Assembly: GCF_009914755.1 (NCBI RefSeq)
Contig: NC_060928.1
From: the human T2T-CHM13v2.0 reference genome, Homo sapiens
Direction: 5' to 3' (one strand)
Length of the DNA: 64,000 nucleotides
Made by a program: the position numbers and the translations under genes
Part shown: piece by piece, positions 1-11,882 of the stretch
Position numbering within the stretch: position 1 is the stretch's first letter
How the letters are laid out: every line of letters starts with the position of its first letter
The notes under the pieces: generated by a model
The model's database searches: none
Seen by the model: only the letters and a program-made list of their open reading frames with translations
What the model was told of the DNA's origin: nothing

Positions 1-284
1 TCCCAAACATAGAGAATATCTTCTACAGACCTGATAGCAAAGATCACGATGGCTTCCAGGAGTAGTTCTGCAATCAGTACTTCTCCATTTAATTGAAGCA
101 TTAGAAGAACACTGACATGAACATTCTATCATCAGAAGATGAAAAATATTGGATATTTCTTTGATTTTGTATACACCTATTTTGAATTTGAACCGGGAAA
201 TCCATAGTATAATAAAACACACGAAAATTAATCTGCTGTGTGAATTTGAACATATCATTTTACCTCTCTAATCTTCAGAATCCT

Positions 285-641
285 TGCTATGGACTGAATT
301 GTGTGACATCCAAAATTCATATATGAAGGCTCTAACATTCAATGTGATTGTATTTGGAGATGGAGCCTTTGGGAAGGAAGTAGGATGCGATGAGGTCATG
401 AGAGTGTGGCTTCCTAATTGGATCAGTGGCTTTTTAAGAAAAGAAGAGAGAGATGTCACTCTCTGTGACATGTAAAGACACAGAAGGAAGCCAGTCATCT
501 GCAAGCCAGGAAGAGAGCCTTCACCAAGAACCAAATCAGCCAGCACCTTGATCTTGAACTTCCCAGCCTACAGAATTGTGAGAAATAAATGTCAGTGTGT
601 AAGCCACCCCATATATGGTATTTTGTTGTTGCAAACTAATA
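285..641 (+). mobile_element. MaLR solo LTR (MLT1A-like)
   Basis: Starts TGCTATGGACTGAATTGTGT; contains typical MLT1 motifs catctgcaagccaggaagagagcc and ttgatcttgaacttcccagcctacagaattgtgagaaataaa. Confidence 0.8.
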
Positions 642-1212
642 TAATCCTCTTTCATAAAATGTGCCATTGGAATAGAAGTTCTCTAAAATTATTACCAACT
701 AAAATTATATTATATTATGCTATTTTTATATAAAGTTGTATTATTAAGTAAATATTGCCTGATTAATGTTAAAGGAAACACTCAAAGAAAATTAATTTAA
801 GTCATCTAAAGAGTAAAAATAACTTTCATTCCAAAGCAAAAATTTGGAACTCATTTTAGAAGATACGGATATGCTCATTTATTTAAACTTCAGAGGCAGG
901 CAGAAAATCAGTGAAGACGTAATCGAACTCACCACCACCACCAATCAACTGGATATAATTAACATTTATAGACTACTTTATCCGAAAACAGCAGGATAAA
1001 CATTCCTCTCAAGCTTACGCAGAACATTTACCATGGTAGACCACATTCAGGACCATAACACACACCTTAACAAATTTAAAAGAATAGAAATTATATAGTG
1101 TCTGCTCTCATGCTGACCCCAGTGGAATTAAACTAGAAATGAGTAACAGTAAGATAATTGGAAAATCCCAAATACCTGAAGATTAAACAACACACTACTA
1201 AATGACAGGTGA

Positions 1213-1568
<356 letters not shown>

Positions 1569-1790
1569 GAAAATTAAAAATATTTTGAACCAAATGAAAA
1601 TGAAAAAATAACTTGTATTTTTGAGATTCAGTGAAAGCAGTGCTTAGAGGGAAATTTATAGCACTGAGTTCATGCATTAGAAAAGAAAAAAGAACTAAAA
1701 TCAATAATCTACATTTCCACCCTAGGAAACTAGAAAAACAAGAGCAAAATAATTCCAAAGCAAGAAGAAGAATAGAAATAATAAGAATTA

Positions 1791-2104
<314 letters not shown>

Positions 2105-2403
2105 ATTTACAGCAGAAATCAATAAAATTGAAATCAAGATATTAATATAGAAAATCAACAAAACCAAAAGCTGTTTCTTTGAAAAGATCAATAAGATCAG
2201 TAAACTTCTGGCTAAGCTAAGAAAAACAGAAAGGAAACAAAAATTGCTAGCATCAGAAATGAAGGAGGGGACATGTCTACAGATCTTATGGACATTTAGA
2301 GGATACTAAAGAATACTGTAAGGAACTCTATGATAACCTCAATGAAATGAACCAATTCCTTGAAAGATACAATCTGTTAAAACTCATATAAGAAGAAATA
2401 GGT

Positions 2404-2760
<357 letters not shown>

Positions 2761-3264
2761 CTACCAAACATATAAATAAGAAATTACAACAATTTTCTAC
2801 AATCTCTTTCAGGGGATAGAATCAGAAGGACTACATCTTAATACATTTTATGAGGCCAGTATTACCCTAACACCAAAACTACACAAAAACATTACAAAAA
2901 AAACAAAACTACAGACCCATATCTCTCATAAACATAGATGCAAAAATCCTCAACAAATATTCCCAAATTGAGTTCAACAATTTATAAAATGAATTATACA
3001 CCATGACCAAGTGGGACTTATCCCAGATATGAAAGTCTAGGTCAGTATTAGAAACTCAATTAATATGATCAATCACATCAGCAGGCTAAAGAAATCACAT
3101 GATCATATCAATAAATGCAAAAAAAGCATTTGACAAAATCTGACACCTATTAATAACAGCCTCTCAGCAAACTAAGAAGAGAGGAACTTCTCCAATGTAA
3201 TAAAGAATGTCTACAAAAATCTACTGCTAACTGAGAGGTAAGAAACTAGAAGTTTTCCTGCTAA

Positions 3265-3613
<349 letters not shown>

Positions 3614-4678
3614 TCACTACTGTTTTTCAACAACGGACTAAAAAGCCTAGCTAATGTAGTAACACAAACAAGGAAAGAAAAGGGATACAAAATGAGAAAA
3701 ATGAAATAAAACTGTGTGTTCACAAATGACACAATTTCCTATATAGAAAATCTGAGAGAATCAACAGAAAAAAACTCTAGAACTGATAAATGATTATAGC
3801 AAGGTTGTAAAATACAAGGGAAAAAAACAAAAGTCAATCACTTTCCTATATACTGGAAATGAACAAGTGGAATTTAAAATTAAAAATACAATACCATTCA
3901 CTTTAGCACCCCCAAAAATGAAATACTTAGGTATAAATCTAACAAAATATGGGTGAGACATTTATAAGAAAAATTATAAAACTTTGATGAATGAAATTAA
4001 AGAACTAAAGAAATGGAGGGATATTCCATGATCATGAACAGGGAAGTTCAATACTGCCAAGATGTCTGTTCTTCCCAACTTGAGTGATCTGTAGATTCAA
4101 TGCCATTCCAATCAAAATCCCAGCAAGTTATTTTGTGGATTTTGACAAATCGATTCTAACATTTATGTAGAGAAGAAAAATACCCAGAAGAGCCAACACA
4201 TTACTGAAGGAGAAAAATAAAGTTGGAGAACAGATATTACCTAACTTCAGAACTTATGATAAAGCTATAGTAATAAAAACAATATGGCATTGGTGAAAGA
4301 ATAAACAAATAGATCAATGGAACAGAATAGAGAGCCTGGAAATAGACCCACATAAATATAATCAACTGATCTTTGACAAAGGAGCACAGGCAATACAATG
4401 GAGCAAATAAAATCTTTCATCAAATGGTGCTGGAACAACTAGACATCCCTATACCAAACAAACAAACAAACAAAAATCTAAATACAGACTTTACATCCCT
4501 CATGAAAATTAACTCAAAATTAATCATAGACCTAAATGTCAAATGCAAAACTACAAAACTCCTAGAAGATAACAGGAGAAAACCTGGGTGAACTTGGGTA
4601 TGGCAATAATTTTTTAGATATTTTGTTGTAAGACTGATGAATAAAGGGGTAATATACAAAAGTCAATCACTTTCCTAT

Positions 4679-5201
4679 TGTGATGGTTAGTACTGAGTGT
4701 CAACTTGATGCAAAGTATTGTTCCTGGGTGTGTCTGTGAGGGTGTTACCAAAGGAGATTAACATTTGAGTCATGTGGCCTGGGAGAGGCAGACCCACCTT
4801 CAATCTGGATGGGCACCATCTATTCAGTTGCCAGCACGGCTTGAATAAAGCAGGCAGAAGAAATTGGAAACAGCAGACTTGCTGAGTCTTCTGGGCTTCA
4901 TCTTTCTCCTGGGCTGGATGCTTCCTGGCCTTGAACATCAAACTCCAAGTTCTTAAGATTTTGGACTATTGGACTTACAAAAGTGATGTGCCAGGGGCTC
5001 TTGGGCCTTCAGCCACAGACTGAAGTCTGCACTGTTGGCAGACTTTGAGACTTAGACTGGCTTCCTTGCTCCTCAGCTGGCAGACGGCCAACTATGGGAC
5101 TTCACCTTGTGATCGTGTGAATCAATTCTCCCAATAAACTTCCCTTCATATATACATATATCCTACTACATCTGTCCCTTTAGAGAGCCCTGACTAATAC
5201 A
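4679..5201 (+). mobile_element. MLT2A solo LTR (ERVL)
   Basis: TGTGATGGTTAGTACTGAGTGTCAACTTG...GCCCTGACTAATACA; 5-bp TSD cctat at 4674-4678 and 5202-5206. Confidence 0.92.
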
Positions 5202-5257
5202 CCTATAACCAGAAATGAACATGTGGAATTTAAAATTAAAAACATTATACCATTTAC

Positions 5258-5377
5258 ATGATAGTTTAAGTGAAATCATATCGCTAGACCAGGTGTTATG
5301 AGCAGAGCTGAAAGCACCCCCATTAGTGATGAGGGGATAGGATTAACTATATGGTAGACTTGGGTTTGGTGAGTCAT
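5258..5377 (-). pseudogene. MT-CO3: NUMT: 5' end of mitochondrial COX3
   Basis: Minus strand reads atgactcaccaaacccaagtctaccatatagttaatcct...ggtctagcgatatgatttcactt, matching the COX3 start MTHQ.H.YHMV.P...GLA.WFH. Confidence 0.88.
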
Positions 5378-5587
5378 TAGATTAGGTGTATTAATATTGT
5401 AAAAATGTATGCTTGAAATAGGACTACAGTGAATTCAAAAATAGTTAACATAACTAAAATAATAAATGTAAATATAATTGAGGCTATAGGAAAGCTAACT
5501 GATGTTAGCACTGGCATGGCCCCTCCAATTAAATGTATAAGTAGACTGCTAGCTGTAATGTTAGCTGTTCATTGTATAGCTAAAGGG
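5378..5587 (-). pseudogene. MT-ATP6: NUMT: 3' end of mitochondrial ATP6
   Basis: Minus strand acagctaacattacagct...cttatacatttaattggaggggcc...gaattcactgtagtcctatttcaagcatac matches ATP6 TANITA..LL.HLIG.A...E..V.L.QAY; abuts the COX3 ATG (taATG) as in mtDNA. Confidence 0.88.
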
Positions 5588-7082
5588 ACTGTCCATGAAA
5601 GTAACAGTTTATAAGCTGAACTTCACTGAAATCAAAAACTTCTGCTCTATGAAAGACAATGGCAAAAGAATGAGAGGATAAGCTACAGACTAGGAAAAAT
5701 ATTTGCAAATGACACACCAGATAAAGGACTGTTCTTCAAAATACACAAAAACTTCTCAAAACTCAACAACTAGAGAACAAAAAATTCAATTTAAAAACAT
5801 GCAAAAATCCTAAACAGACACCTCACCGAAAAAGATATACAGATTGCAAATAAGTGTATGAAAAGGTGTATAACATCATATAGCATCAATGAAATGCAAA
5901 TTAAAATAACAATGTGATACTACTACATACCTATTAGAATGGCCAAAATCCATAACATAAAACACATCAAGTGCTGGCAAGTATGCAGAGCCAGATGACT
6001 CTCATTCATTGCTGGTGGGGAACACAAAATGATATAGCCACTTTGGAAGAGAGTTTGGCAGTTTCTTGTAAAACTAAACATACTCTTACCATATGATCCA
6101 GCAATTATGCTCCTCAAAATTTACAAAAAGGAGTTGCACATACAAAAATCTGCACACAGAATTTTATAATAGCTTTATTCATAACTACCTAAACTTGGAA
6201 GCAACAAAGATGTCTTTCAGTAACTAAATGCATAAATAAACTATTCTACATCTAGACAATGGAATATTATTCAGTGCTAAAAAGAAATGAGCTACCAGGT
6301 CATGAAAAGACATGAAGGATCCTCAAATCCATGTTACTAAGTAAAAGAAACCAATCTGAAAAAGCTACATCCTATATGATTCCAATTATTTGACATTCTG
6401 GGAAAGCCAAAACTATACACAAAAGTGAAAAGATCAGCAGTTGCTGAGATTTGGGGTGGGTAGAGAGGAATAAATAGGCAGAGCACAGAGAATGTTTAAG
6501 GTAGTAAAAACACTCTATATGGCATTATAATGACCAATGCATGTCATTATACATTTGTCCAGACCCATAGGATATACAAAACCAAGAATAAACCCTAGTG
6601 TAAATCATGGATTTGGGCAATTACACTGTGTCAATGTAGGTTCATCAGTTGTAATGGTTGTACCACTCTGGTGGGGATATTGATACAGAGGAGGCTGTAC
6701 ATTTGTGGGGCAGCTAGTATATGAAAAATCTCTGTACTTTTCTCTTAATTTTGCATGAATCTAAAACTCTTCTTAAAGATAATAAAGCATTTTAAGTCCC
6801 AAAACAAATAATTTCAGAGCATATTTGAGTCTATTAGTATCCCAATATTATGATTTAGAAAGTCTATCTGCTTAGAAGATTTAGAAATCATATCACCCAG
6901 AAAACTGAACAGAGACTGAGCAACAGAAGACTCTGCTTTTGTGGTTGTTACTGTTACCTTGCCTCAGTAATCTCATGTAAATGGTTTGAAAGCAAAAGAA
7001 AGAATTGTCTAAAATGAGGACTTCTCACTAATTTAATCTAATTGTTACAATCTGATGATCCTTTAATGTTGCTTCCCCCTTC

Positions 7083-7084
<2 letters not shown>

Positions 7085-7125
<41 letters not shown>
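7085..7125. repeat. (CA)n microsatellite, about 20 units
   Basis: Perfect CA run. Confidence 0.98.
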
Positions 7126-7127
<2 letters not shown>

Positions 7128-8024
7128 CCCAAAGGGTTTCTTAGCAAAAGATGGACAAGTTTAAGAATAAGATATATCTTTTTTTCATGATTTAATTAGT
7201 AAAATAAAAGCCAAATTTTTGGTTCCAGAAACTAGGAAGATAAAAAAGCAGGATTGTTCAATCACTTTTATCATTCACTTTCCTCTTTGAACAAATAAAA
7301 CTCTCATAAAAACTCCCATTAAAAATCAAAATGCATGTTGAAGTCCAATTTAATGATTTAAGAGTTAATTCAGAAGTTACTTGTGACTCTGAATCCCTCT
7401 GTAATTTTAAAATTGTAGCATGAAATCAGCAAGGAAAGAAATAGTGATGATTGAACTTTATTCTCTTTTTGCCATTTCAATGCAGAGACAGTATTTCTGG
7501 TGCAAAAAAAAAAAAAGTCAGCAAATTACCACATCAGCAGCAAATCCCAAAGAGATCATAAAAAACACTCTTTTCTAAGTCTGTCCAAATTTATCCCCCT
7601 AGTGTCAATATAATATGGTCTTTTAATGGGATATTACACAATAAAATACACAAATAAAATTAACTGAATTCATCAACATACGAAGACCATGTGTTTACAT
7701 ATCAAGAGTGATTGGCAGTTAAAGACTCATAAATCATAAGCCAAAGAGGGACACTGCAAGTGTGCTTTTCTATCCTCCTTACCCCTGCTGTTTCAGAGGC
7801 ATGCTCTTTAATGGTTTTGCACTTGGGTATAAAGTAATTAGCAGGCCTAGCCTGAGTGAAACAGAAAAATAGTAGAAACAGAGCTGAAATCATTGGGACA
7901 ATTATTACCATCTTTGATTGAGTATATACCCAGCACATAACACCGTGGTTTACCTAAACCACTCCAGATTGATTTATATGGATTTTTTCATATAAATAGT
8001 GAACAAAGAAAACAATTCAAATAG

Positions 8025-8130
8025 GTTCCACTATTCATTTCCTAAGTGTTGGTGCCAGGCATTTAGCAAGATACTACAAACACAGTAATGACCAACTAAG
8101 ACAGTCTCTGCCTTTCATGGAGCTTTGAGA
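8025..8130 (-). mobile_element. L2 fragment
   Basis: gtgccaggca...acagtctctgcctttcatggagctt, typical of the reverse-complemented L2 3' end. Confidence 0.55.
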
Positions 8131-8939
8131 GGGGAAGAAAAAGAGAAAAGCAAATGTAGTTTAAACATTAAAGAGAATATGTGTATATTTCTTGCAATGA
8201 TTTAATGATTTGCCCTACACTGTGAGCAACTCAAAGCCGTAAAGTTTTTTTCATCTTTTTTATGGACTATGAAAAGATACAGTAGTTGCTCAATGCCCAT
8301 TGTATCTTTTTGGAATAAAATGTTTCTGGAAATATCTACATGTATATGAAACACATATATATTTATATATGGAACAAGCAGGTGATGATTTAAAAGGACA
8401 TTCCTCTTTGCATTTCTCATTTCTAAAATGATATGTACTCTTCTAAAGACTTTTTGAGAGGTAAAAAAATCTTAAATAATTTTTTGTAATCAGTCTTAAA
8501 ATACACCCAAATATGGCCAGGCCATTTTTTGGCCATACATAGTGCACATAAGAACACTTAATACAGTACTATGAACTTATCAACACTCACAAATGTTATC
8601 TGAATGAAATAAAGTATGAATCAATTATGCAATGATTAAAACATGGGCATGAAATTATCAGAAGCATCCGCTTCACTTTGGCATCAATAAAATGAACTTC
8701 AGGAAACATGGAACATCCAGACTTTGTCCCTCATCTGGACATCAGTGTATTGGCAAACCTACTCTCTTTATAGTGTACGTATGTAAGATATGTATGGCAT
8801 ATTGCATAAATAGCATATATTGTCTCTTCTGACATTTCTGATTCACAGTCCTTTCAGTTCCACTTGTGATAATTTTTTCATCATCTTATAATTCACAAGA
8901 CGCCTATGATCATCTCAACCAGTCTATTAAATGACAACT

Positions 8940-9200
8940 CATCTCTCCAGGTCTTTCCTTTTCAGCAAGGTCTCCCTTAATTACCTTACTTAAGATTATA
9001 CTTCTCTTTACCTCAGCACTGTCTCTCCCCTTACCTTAGTTTATTTTTCTTCAAAGCCCTTTTTACTCTGTAATTTCTCATTTGCTATGTAAGTTCCATG
9101 TAAGACAGGGATTTTATCTTTGTTTTTTATTGTTGTATTCCCAGCACTTAGAACAGTGCTTGGCACATAGGTTTTCAAAACCTATTTCTTGACTGAATAT
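8940..9200 (+). mobile_element. L2 3' end
   Basis: tgtaagttccatg...cccagcacttagaacagtgcttggcacatagg. Confidence 0.7.
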
Positions 9201-9514
9201 GCTCCTGACAAAGAAGTCTCCAAACCGCTATGAGGTGATTATAGGGCTAGCTGTCCTCTAATAGTGACAGTATAAGCTATATTCAGTAAATTTGAGACTT
9301 TAATTTTTCTTTTGAGCTCTAGAAATAAACCAGGAACTATTCGTTCCCATATACATCAGGTGGTTTCTCTCCTTTACACCTTTCCTCAAGTTTTCCCTCT
9401 TTTAGGAATGTCCTTCTATCACCCAAACTCTTCTCTGCCTGGATAATTCCTGCTAATTCATTCAGTCTCAATGTACAATGTATCTACTACCTGAATTGCT
9501 CCCTGACACCACCT

Positions 9515-10218
9515 TCTGCCACCTCCCCCACTGGGAGCGTGGGCTCTGACCCCATGGCAGCGTCTAGGGTTGAGTGTTTACAGCTCTGGAAGCCCCAGTA
9601 GCCATGTGTTACATACAGTGTGCTCTTTCAGCTTAGCTGTCCACAGGCAGCTTGATTTAATTAGCTCAATTAGACCCTCTGCCTTACAGCAAGGACAGAG
9701 GCTTTCTGTATCATGGGGTCCTTACCCTAGTGTTCCAAAAAAATCAGATCACATTGGGGGCTTGGAGAATGAGTGCAAGGTTTTATTGAGTGGTAGAAGT
9801 AGCCCTCAGCAGATAGATGGGGAGACAGTAGGGGGATGGAGTGGGAAAGTGGTTCCCCCTGGAGTGGTGTCACTCAGCAGCCAGGATCTCCTCCAACCAC
9901 CCTCTGCTGAATTCCCATCGGCATCCATGTTGTTCTGCCATCAGTGTACTGCCAGTGTCTGTCTGTGTGTTCTTCTGCCGGTGTGTTTCGCTTTATGTCC
10001 ATCCATTTGTGTCTGTGCCTGCTAGGGTCTCGGGGTTTCTATAGACACAGGATGAAGGGCAGGGTGAGCCAGAGTGGTCTTGGAAAATGCAACATTTGGG
10101 CATGAAAACAGGAGTGCCTGTCGTCACTTAGGTCCATGGGCACAGGCCCGAGGATGGAACCCTTGCCAGGGACCCTGTGCTTCTCTGCCCAGCACTTTCC
10201 TGTCCCCTTCCCATATCA
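9515..10218 (-). mobile_element. ERV1 solo LTR of the MER52/LTR27/LTR28 group
   Basis: Minus strand begins TGATATGGGAAGGGGACAGGAAAGTGCTGGG...gcccaaatgttgcattttccaagaccac; left boundary approximate. Confidence 0.75.
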
Positions 10219-10695
10219 GTATCACAGCCCTGAGTTCTGGGGTGTCTTGGCCCTTAGCGTACTATCTTGAAATTGCTGGTTACTTACCTGTCTCCTCAAT
10301 TAGAACATAAGCTCTTGTAGGACAGGGATTGTTTTAATGATCTTTGTATGAGTGCAACACAATGGAAACTGAATGACTAATTGAAATGAATTGAGTTTAA
10401 TGCCCTTGGGACGAGCAACATCTAGTGATTCCATCAGAGGCAGGTGGTGTAGGGGGAAATGCAGGAAGTCTTAAGACCTGGACTCTAGTGCTAACTCTGA
10501 CAAGGGTTAAACCCAAGACAGCTTCCAAATCTATAAGACTATAAGGCAGAAAGTATTCCATGTAACCCAATGGAAGTAGTTATTAAATAGGTTTTCATGC
10601 TCCATCTGCTGGTTAAATTCTACAAAAATCTCAAGACCTTTTTGAAATGGCAGAGTAAAGGACTTAGATATCAGCAATTCTTGCTTGTGACCAAT

Positions 10696-11194
10696 TGTGG
10701 GATATGATGAGGTTTCTCTCCAAATAGCCTGATCAATCTTTTATTCTTTAATTCACAGTACCCCCCACCCCACCTCATTTTTCTTTTTCTCCTTTCTGCC
10801 TTTGTTACATGCCTGGACATGCCACAGTACCAGGCTTATCCATACTGCTCACATTCCTTTCCTTATTTGGAAAGAAGACTAGCTCTGTAGCTCATTGCAG
10901 ACACCCCTTCCCCTTTTCCCCTCTCTCCCTTACGTGCCCACCTTATCTAAAGAAAGTTCAAATGTCTAGCCAACCGGGATTAGTTCAGATTGTGCGACCT
11001 GACCCTGGCCAGTGGGGAAAGGGTGCAAGGGCAGGACTTGCATCAGGAATAAAGGCTCTTGTGCCCCTTTGTTCAGGTGTGCTCTCATGGTGACTGGCCA
11101 AGGAGAAGCACCCCTCTGCACAGAAGTAAAATTGCTTTGCTTAGAATCCTTTGAGTGTTCAATCTCCTTAGGATTTTGAGTGTTATTCCCAACA
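10696..11194 (+). mobile_element. 5' LTR (LTR10B-like)
   Basis: TGTGGGATATG...TTCCCAACA; direct repeat of 19216-19726. Confidence 0.93.
10805..10824 (+). promoter_or_regulatory. p53-response-element-like site in the 5' LTR
   Basis: TTACATGCCT GGACATGCCA: two abutting RRRCWWGYYY-like half sites, both with CATG cores; LTR10 subfamilies are known p53-bound ERVs. Confidence 0.55.
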
Positions 11195-11198
11195 ATTC

Positions 11199-11217
11199 TG
11201 GTGCCCAACTTTGGGGC
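11199..11217 (+). other. Primer binding site, tRNA-Lys(CUU)-like
   Basis: TGGTGCCCAACTTTGGGGC vs Lys1,2 PBS TGGCGCCCAACGTGGGGC, 4 nt after the LTR. Confidence 0.7.
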
Positions 11218-11668
11218 TTGAATATTCTACTTCGGGAAGGGGGTCTTCGGTCACCCCACCCAGGGGAGATGCATCCCACTGTCTATAGTTATGGTGGCCC
11301 AAGGGTGAGGGAGATCAGGCCCCACCCGTTGTGACGAATAAATCTGGATTCTCAGCAAAGCGGGGAGGAGATGCTTGTAAGACCGAGGCAATAAGAGGAC
11401 CAGGTAATTCTTGTGCACAGAATAAGGCAGGAGACTTTGCAAAGGCGACAAAGTATTTCCTTGGTGATTGGGATAATTTGGAGGTTGAGAGTGTGTAAAT
11501 GGGGCTAAGCATTATGGTTGTGTGGAGTGAGTCTTCTCTGCGGTTTTGTGCTGCCATCTATCAACTATGGGCAGGAACAATCAGAGTAGACAAAGAGAAA
11601 GAAAGATGCAAGGAACTTCCAGAGGGATGAGCTATAGGATATGCAGGAAACCCCTAATGGGAGAGGTT

Positions 11669-11855
11669 AAGCCTCCAGAAAGAGAGAGGTGAGACACCTC
11701 TAATACCAGAGGTTGGACTCCCTCTTAAAAGCCTCAGTAAGCCTCCAGAAAGGGGGAGGTGAGACACCTCTAACACGAGAGGTTGGACCCCTTCTTAAAA
11801 GCTGCAGTGAGCCTCCAGAAAGAGGGGGGTAGACACCTCTAACAGGAGAGGTTGT
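11669..11855 (+). repeat. ~69-bp tandem repeat (about 3 copies) in the proviral leader
   Basis: Unit gcctccagaaa..gaggtgagacacctctaa..gagaggttgg recurs three times. Confidence 0.85.
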
Positions 11856-11882
11856 AGCCCCTCCCCACCAATAACCTCTAAG

